Positions 39,849 through 48,645 of a stretch of 64,000 nucleotides of DNA are shown one piece after another. Numbering within the stretch: position 1 is the first letter of the stretch; each line of letters begins with the position of its first letter. The notes under the pieces were generated by a model. That model was not told the origin of the DNA. It saw only the letters and a list, made by a program, of their open reading frames with translations, and did no database searches. Source of the DNA: Endomicrobiia bacterium (GTDB taxonomy: Bacteria; Elusimicrobiota; Endomicrobiia; DTEH01); contig JANXDG010000050.1 in NCBI GenBank assembly GCA_025059805.1, positions 18,157-82,156 of the forward strand. Reading direction: 5' to 3'. The translations under genes and the position numbers were made by a program.

Positions 39849-41619
39849 AAACAACAACTTTATTTCGTCCTGACGATTTCGCTACATAAAGTGCTTTATC
39901 TGCTTGTTCAATAATATCTCTGGATTTCATACCTCTAAAATAAGTTTTTACACCAATACTTATTGTGAGTTTAAGTTCTAAGGTATTTATTTTAAAAATT
40001 GTATTTTCAATCTTCTCCTTTATACGGTAAGCAATTTTTTCAGCCCAGTTTGAACCACATTCTATAAGCAATATTGCAAACTCTTCCCCACCATACCGAC
40101 ATACAATATCTGTTGTCCTTACAGATGATAGAAAAACTTGTGCTACTTGTTTTAACACAGCGTCTCCAACAAGGTGTCCATATGTATCATTTATTCGCTT
40201 GAAAAAATCTATATCTATCATAAGTAATGAAAATATGGTATTATATCGTTCACAACGCAAAATCTCATATTCTAATCGTGACATAAAATATCTTTGGATA
40301 AAAACTTTCGTAAGACTATCAGTTATAGCAAGCTCATATAATTGCGCATTATTCAATGCAACTGATATGTGCCTTACTAAGTTTTGTATTAGAGTGATAT
40401 CATAATTAGTAAATTTTGTATAATCTTCTTTGTCAGCAACAAGTATAAAACCTAAAACTTTATCACGAGATAGCATTGGTATAAACAATATTTCATCTCT
40501 AGTTATAATCTTAAAGTCTTCAATGTCACTACCTTGACAAACTAGTGTTTCCGTTAAATTTTCTAAAGTGGTATTAAACATTCTCAGAAGGTCAATAAAT
40601 GAAATGTTTTGTAAAAGATTGATATTTTCAACTGATTTTGACCAGCTTGCAAGATAAAAACTTTGTTTCTCTTCATCATAAATATAAACTACCACTTTTT
40701 TTACTTTTGCTAAACCTTTAATAAACTCAGGAGTTGAAGCTATAAGTTTTTCACTTTCAAGTATTTCAGAAATGTCTAAACTTATTCTATTCAACATATG
40801 TAAATCGTTTATACTACGTTCAAGATGTTTAGTTATTTCTCTAAAATCTTTTTCTAACTCTTTCTGTTTTACTACTTTGACTCCCATACCCACTTCAGGA
40901 CATATTGTAAGGAAATCACAATAAGGACAAAGATTATTTCTTACTGGTAAAAATTCTTTGTTTTCATATATTTCTCTCACTATATCTATAATTTTCTTTT
41001 TTGTTTCTTTTAAATTATCAGGAGTTTTACTCACAGAAATTTTTTGATTATATTGCAAGAAAATCTGTGATACAATCTTAGGAAAAAGTTTATATTTCTC
41101 CCAACAACATAATGCGTATATATCCATCTGCAAATCAGTGGCAAATTCATTCTCGGTTGGGATATACCCTCCAGTTTTATAATCAATTATTTCAACTCCG
41201 TCACCTACATCGTCAATACGGTCTATCTTACCTGTCAGGTAAAAATCTTCCAGGCCAACTCTAAAAAATTCTTCAACATATAATGGTGTAACCTTCATAT
41301 CATTATTTGCATAAAAATTTCTTAACCAAAAAGCAGCGTTGTGTTTAAACTCTGCTTCTTGTTCTTTGGATGTATAACCTTCGGAAATCCAAAAATAATC
41401 TAACATATACAACAGTTTGTCAACAGTACGTTCTTCTAAGTTCCTGATCTTAAAGAATTCTGCTAAAACTTTATGAATAGTATCTCCAACTGCTTGGTAT
41501 GGTTTTGTTTTTTTGTATAATGCGCCCACTCTGTCAATATACAAGAGTTTAAATTTGTACGGACATTGTAGGTATGACAATAACGCAGCTGCACTAAAAT
41601 ATTTAGGAAGGTTTTGCAT
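39826..41619 (-). CDS. PD-(D/E)XK (Cas4/AddB-like, 4-Cys) nuclease fused to GAF and GGDEF diguanylate cyclase
   Basis: S...L..Y.QCPYKF, G..IH, GKIDRID, IIDYKTG, QMDIY, CPYCDFLTIC; GAF; DIDFFK..ND.YGH, RTTD and RYGGEEF. Confidence 0.88.
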   Translation of the reverse strand: MQNLPKYFSAAALLSYLQCPYKFKLLYIDRVGALYKKTKPYQAVGDTIHKVLAEFFKIRNLEERTVDKLLYMLDYFWISEGYTSKEQEAEFKHNAAFWLRNFYANNDMKVTPLYVEEFFRVGLEDFYLTGKIDRIDDVGDGVEIIDYKTGGYIPTENEFATDLQMDIYALCCWEKYKLFPKIVSQIFLQYNQKISVSKTPDNLKETKKKIIDIVREIYENKEFLPVRNNLCPYCDFLTICPEVGMGVKVVKQKELEKDFREITKHLERSINDLHMLNRISLDISEILESEKLIASTPEFIKGLAKVKKVVVYIYDEEKQSFYLASWSKSVENINLLQNISFIDLLRMFNTTLENLTETLVCQGSDIEDFKIITRDEILFIPMLSRDKVLGFILVADKEDYTKFTNYDITLIQNLVRHISVALNNAQLYELAITDSLTKVFIQRYFMSRLEYEILRCERYNTIFSLLMIDIDFFKRINDTYGHLVGDAVLKQVAQVFLSSVRTTDIVCRYGGEEFAILLIECGSNWAEKIAYRIKEKIENTIFKINTLELKLTISIGVKTYFRGMKSRDIIEQADKALYVAKSSGRNKVVVYDKISSV

Positions 41620-41628
41620 AATAATTAA

Positions 41629-42993
41629 TTATCTTGGGATATATGCACCTTGTGGTTGTGATATCAAAAGTTTACCGTTATCTACCACAAGATTACCTTT
41701 AAATATTACTTTTAGAATTTTACCGTAAACTTCGTAACCTTCGTAAACAGTATAATCAGCAACGGTATTTAATCTTTTAACATTCACACGCCATTTTTCT
41801 TTAGGATAGTAAATTATTATATCAGCGTCACTTTTAAGAGCTAAAAAATCTCCTTTCTTAGGATATAAAGAAAAGATTTTTGCAGGTGTAGATGTTACCA
41901 TTTTTATTATATTCCTTAAATTTAACCTACGTTTTATACTTTCGGTAATGACAAAGTGAAATAACATACTTGTTCCTGGCAGACCCATTGGAATTTTGGT
42001 AAAGTTATCTCTAAACCTGAACTTCATTTTTTTACTAAATACACAATTATCAGTCGCAATAACATCTACTATACTATTCCTTACACATTTCCATAGGAAT
42101 ATTTTATCACTTAGTGATTTCACAGGTGGGCAACAAGTATAGAGGTAATTTTTCTTTATCTTAAAAACATTTCTTGTTAGATATAAATACTGTGGACAGG
42201 TCTCCGCATATATATTAAAATTTTTATTTTTTTGTTTCTTCCAGTAAATTATTTCTTCTAATGCGTCTTTGGTAGAAAGGTGAACAAAGTATATGTTACA
42301 CCCTACTTTATTATTAATACTAATCACTCTACGAACAGCTTCATATTCTACCACATTAGGTCGTGATAAAGGAAAGTATTTTACACTCAGTTTATCTTCG
42401 TTTTTTAATTTTTCAGTTAAAACATTAATCATATCACTATTCTCAGCATGTATCTCCAAAACTACATTCTTGTATTTTTTAAGTTCGTTTAAGATTATAT
42501 ATAATTTCCCATCGTCAATATACCAATTTTCTGTCTTAGGTAGAAATATCTTAAAACTTTTTATCCCATAAGAAATTAATTTTCTTATCAGTGTACTAAA
42601 GTCTTCATTAACATCAACAATTTGGGCATGGAAAGTGTAATCTACAAAACTTCCAGTTGCCTCTTTGAGGCGCCTATGGTAAGCTGCTAACAATGTTTCA
42701 CTTTTTTGTGGTATTATGTAGTCAATAACTGTGGTAACACCGTTGAGTAGTGCTGTTCTGGTACCTTTAGGAAAGTCTTCTAAAGTTTTTGCTCCGTAAG
42801 CTTCAAGGTTGAAATGCGTATGTGCATCTATCAAACCAGGGAATACGTAGCAACCATCTGCATCAATAAGCTTATGATCGTTTATAGCTATATGCTTTGC
42901 AACTTTTGTAATTTTCTGATTATTAATCTCTATGTCATATTTACCATAGTAACTTTTCGATATCAAAAAACCATTTTTTATTAACAATTTCAT
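41629..42993 (-). CDS. Dihydropyrimidinase/hydantoinase-family cyclic amidohydrolase
   Basis: PGLIDAHTH, SFK, HAEN, VHLS, ETCPQYL and ATD. Confidence 0.8.
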   Translation of the reverse strand: MKLLIKNGFLISKSYYGKYDIEINNQKITKVAKHIAINDHKLIDADGCYVFPGLIDAHTHFNLEAYGAKTLEDFPKGTRTALLNGVTTVIDYIIPQKSETLLAAYHRRLKEATGSFVDYTFHAQIVDVNEDFSTLIRKLISYGIKSFKIFLPKTENWYIDDGKLYIILNELKKYKNVVLEIHAENSDMINVLTEKLKNEDKLSVKYFPLSRPNVVEYEAVRRVISINNKVGCNIYFVHLSTKDALEEIIYWKKQKNKNFNIYAETCPQYLYLTRNVFKIKKNYLYTCCPPVKSLSDKIFLWKCVRNSIVDVIATDNCVFSKKMKFRFRDNFTKIPMGLPGTSMLFHFVITESIKRRLNLRNIIKMVTSTPAKIFSLYPKKGDFLALKSDADIIIYYPKEKWRVNVKRLNTVADYTVYEGYEVYGKILKVIFKGNLVVDNGKLLISQPQGAYIPR

Positions 42994-43346
42994 TCTATTA
43001 TTTTTTGAATCACATTATGCTCACCAAATAGTACTTTGACAGGTTTGACTTTTTCTTTAGTTTCATCAATATAACAAAAAGACATTATAATGAGTTTATC
43101 ACCAACTTCACCTAATCTTGCAGCCCCACCTTGTAGTGATACCATCTTTGAACCTTTTCTAGCAGGTATTACATATGTTTCAAACCTTTCGCCATTATTT
43201 AAGTTTATCACGAGAACAACTTCATAGGGTCTTATTTTTGCAGCTGACATAAAATTTATATCAATTTTTATACTCCCGGTATAGTACAAATTCTTATCAG
43301 TAACAGTAAGTCCTTGTAGTTTTGACTTAAGATATTTGAACATCAT
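42990..43346 (-). CDS. panD: Aspartate 1-decarboxylase
   Basis: KSK, Y.GSI.ID cleavage site, NGERFETY and GAAR. Confidence 0.92.
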   Translation of the reverse strand: MMFKYLKSKLQGLTVTDKNLYYTGSIKIDINFMSAAKIRPYEVVLVINLNNGERFETYVIPARKGSKMVSLQGGAARLGEVGDKLIIMSFCYIDETKEKVKPVKVLFGEHNVIQKIIE

Positions 43347-43366
43347 AACGGAAGTATTTCCTTCCA

Positions 43367-43837
43367 CTATTCAAGCATATAATCTTCAATTTTAAAACCT
43401 TTTTTTATGAGTTCTTCCTTCCACATCTGTTTTACAACAGGAATCTTTTGACGGGCAAGTTTCACCCACTTTGATTCAGGTGGCGAAAATAAATCTACAA
43501 CGGTTTTATACCAAATATACGCGTATTTAAGAGAACTTTCTTCAAGTTTTCTTTGTTTATTAAACTCAATAAGTTCCAATTTTATCTTATATTCCTCTTC
43601 TGAAATTTTATTTTTTGCAAATAATTTATCTAACTTAGATTTTTCAATCTGTGCTTCTTTTTCTAACGAATTCAACTTTTTCTCTGGATTATAATACCAG
43701 TCCATATATTTTTCAGCTTCATAGTAAGCTGATCTGGCTCGCAATAGCACATCTAAATATACAAATAGATATATTAAAACTATCCACATCATAATAAATA
43801 AAACTGTTTTATAGTGTTTTTTTAACAAATTTTTCAT
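43367..43837 (-). CDS. Hypothetical membrane-anchored helical protein
   Basis: N-terminal TM helix; tightly coupled to neighbouring genes. Confidence 0.7.
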   Translation of the reverse strand: MKNLLKKHYKTVLFIMMWIVLIYLFVYLDVLLRARSAYYEAEKYMDWYYNPEKKLNSLEKEAQIEKSKLDKLFAKNKISEEEYKIKLELIEFNKQRKLEESSLKYAYIWYKTVVDLFSPPESKWVKLARQKIPVVKQMWKEELIKKGFKIEDYMLE

Positions 43838-44295
43838 TCTTCAAACTTTTTTTTATATTCCTCAAATCTTTGTTCTGCAATTTTTGCTTCTTTAGACTTT
43901 GTACCTAACAAACTATGAATTTTTGATAAAAGAAGGTCTGGCTGTACAGGTTTTGTCAAAAAGTCTTTTACATTGGGTTCCATCTTAAACATCATTTGCA
44001 TGCTTAAATCTTTAAGTTGGCCTGAAACTACGATAATAGGTATCTTCTTATGACTTTGTTGTAAAGTTTTCACTACTTCATACCCAGATTTTTTTGGTAA
44101 TAGTGCATCAAGTATTATTAAATCAGGAATACTTTGTGCTATCTTTTCTAAAGCTTGTTGTCCATCTTTTGCTGTAATAACATTAAATCCTTGTTTAGTG
44201 AGATAATATTCAAAAAATGTTAGAACCGTATCATCATCTTCAACTATCAAAATAGTTTTTTCCTGTGGTTCTGCTAAAGACTCTACTTTATTCAT
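43834..44295 (-). CDS. Single-domain response regulator (receiver)
   Basis: VEDD, ILDALLP, VSG and KP. Confidence 0.9.
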   Translation of the reverse strand: MNKVESLAEPQEKTILIVEDDDTVLTFFEYYLTKQGFNVITAKDGQQALEKIAQSIPDLIILDALLPKKSGYEVVKTLQQSHKKIPIIVVSGQLKDLSMQMMFKMEPNVKDFLTKPVQPDLLLSKIHSLLGTKSKEAKIAEQRFEEYKKKFEE

Positions 44296-44360
44296 AATTT
44301 GAAATTACTACGAAAAAATAGTATAAATTTCAATAAATATATGTATCTTTCTTACAGTTT

Positions 44361-47300
44361 CTACTTCTGTTGCTCTTTTTCTTCCTCAGACCAACTTTTT
44401 AATCTGAACCTTGGTTCCAATTGAATTTTTATATCTCCACTGTATTTACCAACATTATAGTCTCTTATTGCATAGTCATAAATTCCTTTTATAAAAATAT
44501 TGTTCTTAAGACGATAACTTAATTCTATTTCGTGTTTAAGATTTAATCTATTTTGTATTTCAGCGAGTGTTACACTGTAACCAATAGCCATGTCAGGAGT
44601 TAAATATTTTTCTATTCCATATTTAGTATCTTTAACTATATCAACTGCAGAAAATGCCCTATCTGTTGTAGTATTGTTTTGATTTTCAATTCTCTTAGAT
44701 GTTGAATCTACCGACGCTTGTGAGATTACAAACTTGTCTGCGATACCCCATTTTTGTAAAATATTGCGTGAAATAGGTTCTGCTAAGGTTATATCAATTA
44801 GTTTGAGAAATTGAGTTCTTAGGATAGGTAAATAATCAATTCTTTCAGAAGCATAAACTTCAACCTTGTCTCCACGTTTTTGCAACTTACCAGCACCAAG
44901 CATCAACGCTGTAATCTCTTCTGTTGTCAGTTGTGAATACACAGGTGTATAAAGTTTAGGTTGTATATTTTCAATTTTAGCTCGTGATATAGTTAATCGC
45001 ACTGGTATTTTTTCGTATTCGGATGTAAGTATTTCAGTTTCAGCTTCAAGTGTAATATAAACATCTCTATTTATAATTTCAACTTCGCCACTGCGTAAGT
45101 CCAATTGAGTATTGAGGAAGTTAACTTTACCACGAGATGATTGTATCTCACCATTAACATCACTTTTTTTCATACCTTGTCCGTATTTGAAGTTGACCTG
45201 CCCTAATATACTTGCTGATAACGACTCATTTTCAAACCACACATTATTACCCGCTGTTAAGGTTATATCATAATAAAACTCATCAACATTACTAATTTTT
45301 TTCCCTTCAGTACCGGGATAAGTAAACCTAGTATTATTCATTATAACTTTACCGGTAACTGTTGGAATCTCATCTTTTTTATTTCTCTTTACAATAAGGT
45401 CAAAGTGCAAATCTCCACTTGACACAAAACTTTTTCTGCTAATAATCTTTAACATCTCACTTGGAGAATAACTTAGCTGTGGGATGCTTATAAAAATTCC
45501 GTTACCATCTGTGGTTTTTATCTTAAAAATATATCTTCCGTTGTTTATATTATATTCACCAGCAAGATCTAGTCTTGTTTGTTCGTAATCTCCAGTAAAT
45601 TTTTCAATTTTTATTTCATCTTCTAAAAAATTTATACGAACGGAAACATTATTTAAATATTTACCATATTTACCAAATATAACCTTACCCTTCGGTATGT
45701 GAATATAACCATACACCTTAGGTTCTCTGGTCTTACCTTTGAATTTTAAGTTGACAAGTAATGGCCCTTTTGCAGATTTTATAATATCCATAAATCCATC
45801 AAATATTGATAAATCACAGTTTTGTGTGTTCAACATAAAATTCATATCTTGATTTTTTATATTATAGTAGCCTTTTAACAACATACTGTTTTCTGGCTTG
45901 AACACAAATTTTAATTCCTCAATGTTCAAGTAATCTTTATAGCTTGATGTCTTGCCATATACTTGTTGGATTCTTAATGACGCAAAATCTAAATCGTTAA
46001 CATTGAATTGACCATTATAGTGATACTGACGTTTCTCAGGATCTACCGTTATAACAACATAATCTGCGCTTATATCGCCTGACATAACAGGTAATGTAAT
46101 TTTAAAAATAGCAGATAATACTTCCATAGGGAACTTATTTAACTTGATATGTAAAAGTTCACCTTTTTTACCAATTTCACCGTCACAGTAAAATTGTCTA
46201 TTTTCATACAAACGAACCTCAAAATCATTAAATTTTAAACCCTCACTTTCAATAACAATATCTCCAACTATTGAAGCTGTTCGATTGATACGATCCTTAT
46301 CCAAAGGTACAAAAGAAACTAAATTTCTGTCTAAATAAATAAGACATCTTGTTACCAATTCATCTATTGAGTAATTATTAATCCATAGGTTTTTAAAGAT
46401 CATTTTTATTTCTACAAGTCTATCTGTCTGAAAGTTAAATATACTTTCTAAATTTCCAATTATGTTACTTTTTCTAATTGCAAAATTTTTGATTTTCGCT
46501 GACAAGAATAACATCTTGTCACTTATAAGAAACGTGCCTGATGAAATTAAAATCTCACTTGCTTCGTCTTGTATTTTACCTTTTACAAAGATATTATTGT
46601 TGTCAGTAATATCTAACTCTAAACCAATGATAGGAGAAAATTGTATACTAGTTAAATACAAGTTATACAATTTCAAATATATTTTCTTCTCTTTTGGTAT
46701 AAAATCTAAATTGTAACTGCCTCTACTATCAGGACTGAGACTTATGTTGCCATTTAATGTTAATCTTTTGTTGTTCCAGTCATACGAAAATTTACCAGTT
46801 GTTTTAGTTAATATACTAGTTCTTTTATAAGCGATGTCATTTAGTGAATATTCACCATAAATATTTACAATCCTTTGTTTTTCTATAAAAATTTTTGCTA
46901 CAATATTTTTTGTGGTTAAATGATCCAGTTTCGCATCTTTTTTAGATACAACTGTTACAAATTTTGAAATGTTGGTTCTTATATTCCAGTAACCATTAAC
47001 AGAAATAACACCATCTACACTTTCACCAAATATTTTTAAAATATCGTTTTTAAAACTACCAGAAAATGTCATACTATCAACAATTTTATGCTTTCCAATA
47101 TTAAAGTTAGTTAGTCTGAGCGTACAAAGATATTGTCGTTCTGTATCTTTCTCTAACATCCCAGCTATACTAAAACTTAACCTACTGTTAAGATAATACA
47201 AATTCTCACAACTTATTTCAAAATTAGTTTTGTTATCTTCCTCATTTATGAGTTCTGAAATTACTCTAGTATCAGTACGACGATTTTCATAACTTAAAAA

Positions 47301-48590
47301 TATCGTAGTTGAACTAGCTGCAGACAAAAATTTTAATTTTATATCTTCAACATCAGCTTTCGTAAGAGAAATATTTACAAACCTACCATCTCTCTGCAAT
47401 TTAAAAGAAGACAATAGTGTATATCCAAAAAAAATCCCGTCAGAAATAATTTCTCTATTTTCAGAAAAAGCTAACTTCAAATTTATGATTTTACCACCAC
47501 GATTATCTTTCACCAGGAACAATTTTTGTCCAGGGTCATAAAAAAGATCACCTGATATTTTCTTCTTATTTATATTAAATCTGAAGTTGCCAGTATCGTT
47601 AACTATCGTAAACCCTCCAGTTAAATGCTGACCTTTTACATAAGCAACAGTTGAATAACCGCTTGTATCTTTTGTATAGGTTACTCTAATTTTCAAATCA
47701 CCAAGTTTTTTCACATCTAATTTCTCAACAATACTTTTCTTTATATTTAAAAACCCATCGTATGTAAAACTTAATTTACTTTCTTTACTTACAATATCAA
47801 ATGTAGATCGTACAATTTCGCTCTCTGTTACACCTTTAACTTCAAATGGTCTTATCCTGAACTTACCATAAGAAGTAACAACTTTGTCTCTCCCTTTTAC
47901 AAGAGAAACCTTATAATCTTTAAATTCTTGTAATAAACAGTTACCTAACACTTCAAAACTAACATAATAACTAGTTAACAATTTTAAAACAGATGGGAAT
48001 GTAACTTCACCCTTAGCTAAAAATTTTAGCGTGTTACAATCAACGGCGATATTGCTTATAAAGTTATATCCGCTCGTTTCTCCTTCAACAGTAGAATATA
48101 TCTTGTTTGGTAAGATTCTTTGTGCTGATAGTTTACTCAAATTAAAACTTGTATTGTTAAAAATTATTTTAATATTCTTAATTTTTATACTATTAGGGAA
48201 ATTATGTAATAACCTACGTAAAGTTTTTTCTATCATATCCTCATCTAGCTCAGTAGCTGCTGTATTAACAGCTTTTATTTTTACAAACCCATTTTTGATG
48301 TACAATTTATCAATTAAAAATTTTTTCTCTAATATCTTACTAATATTAAACTCAACAATAACCGTGCTAAGTTTTCCTTCTGCATTTTCTGAGATATAAT
48401 TTAACTTCACAAAAACTAACCTCTGTGGTGGCAGATATAAGGCAATACCAGATTTTACACCTGAAAGGAAAGATCTCAACAAATTTTTCTTAACAAAATA
48501 TATATAAGCATTTAATAATATCTGTATAGAAATCACAAACAATATTAACAACATAATGTATAATTTTATTTTTTTCATTATTTTAGACAT
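44361..48590 (-). CDS. TamB/AsmA-like large periplasmic protein
   Basis: 1409 aa, N-terminal anchor, beta-rich; C-terminal TamB-like G...P.V.G and EKYLT. Confidence 0.65.
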   Translation of the reverse strand: MSKIMKKIKLYIMLLILFVISIQILLNAYIYFVKKNLLRSFLSGVKSGIALYLPPQRLVFVKLNYISENAEGKLSTVIVEFNISKILEKKFLIDKLYIKNGFVKIKAVNTAATELDEDMIEKTLRRLLHNFPNSIKIKNIKIIFNNTSFNLSKLSAQRILPNKIYSTVEGETSGYNFISNIAVDCNTLKFLAKGEVTFPSVLKLLTSYYVSFEVLGNCLLQEFKDYKVSLVKGRDKVVTSYGKFRIRPFEVKGVTESEIVRSTFDIVSKESKLSFTYDGFLNIKKSIVEKLDVKKLGDLKIRVTYTKDTSGYSTVAYVKGQHLTGGFTIVNDTGNFRFNINKKKISGDLFYDPGQKLFLVKDNRGGKIINLKLAFSENREIISDGIFFGYTLLSSFKLQRDGRFVNISLTKADVEDIKLKFLSAASSTTIFLSYENRRTDTRVISELINEEDNKTNFEISCENLYYLNSRLSFSIAGMLEKDTERQYLCTLRLTNFNIGKHKIVDSMTFSGSFKNDILKIFGESVDGVISVNGYWNIRTNISKFVTVVSKKDAKLDHLTTKNIVAKIFIEKQRIVNIYGEYSLNDIAYKRTSILTKTTGKFSYDWNNKRLTLNGNISLSPDSRGSYNLDFIPKEKKIYLKLYNLYLTSIQFSPIIGLELDITDNNNIFVKGKIQDEASEILISSGTFLISDKMLFLSAKIKNFAIRKSNIIGNLESIFNFQTDRLVEIKMIFKNLWINNYSIDELVTRCLIYLDRNLVSFVPLDKDRINRTASIVGDIVIESEGLKFNDFEVRLYENRQFYCDGEIGKKGELLHIKLNKFPMEVLSAIFKITLPVMSGDISADYVVITVDPEKRQYHYNGQFNVNDLDFASLRIQQVYGKTSSYKDYLNIEELKFVFKPENSMLLKGYYNIKNQDMNFMLNTQNCDLSIFDGFMDIIKSAKGPLLVNLKFKGKTREPKVYGYIHIPKGKVIFGKYGKYLNNVSVRINFLEDEIKIEKFTGDYEQTRLDLAGEYNINNGRYIFKIKTTDGNGIFISIPQLSYSPSEMLKIISRKSFVSSGDLHFDLIVKRNKKDEIPTVTGKVIMNNTRFTYPGTEGKKISNVDEFYYDITLTAGNNVWFENESLSASILGQVNFKYGQGMKKSDVNGEIQSSRGKVNFLNTQLDLRSGEVEIINRDVYITLEAETEILTSEYEKIPVRLTISRAKIENIQPKLYTPVYSQLTTEEITALMLGAGKLQKRGDKVEVYASERIDYLPILRTQFLKLIDITLAEPISRNILQKWGIADKFVISQASVDSTSKRIENQNNTTTDRAFSAVDIVKDTKYGIEKYLTPDMAIGYSVTLAEIQNRLNLKHEIELSYRLKNNIFIKGIYDYAIRDYNVGKYSGDIKIQLEPRFRLKSWSEEEKEQQK

Positions 48591-48645
48591 ACTGATGAGT
48601 TTTCAAAAAAGACATATAAACTTTCAATTTCTGGAAAGAATAATT

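Noticed and set aside
41629-42993. Calling this gene pyrC (dihydroorotase)
   Set aside because: The SFK carboxylated-Lys motif, HAEN and ETCPQYL fit the dihydropyrimidinase/hydantoinase group better, and the substrate cannot be determined from sequence.
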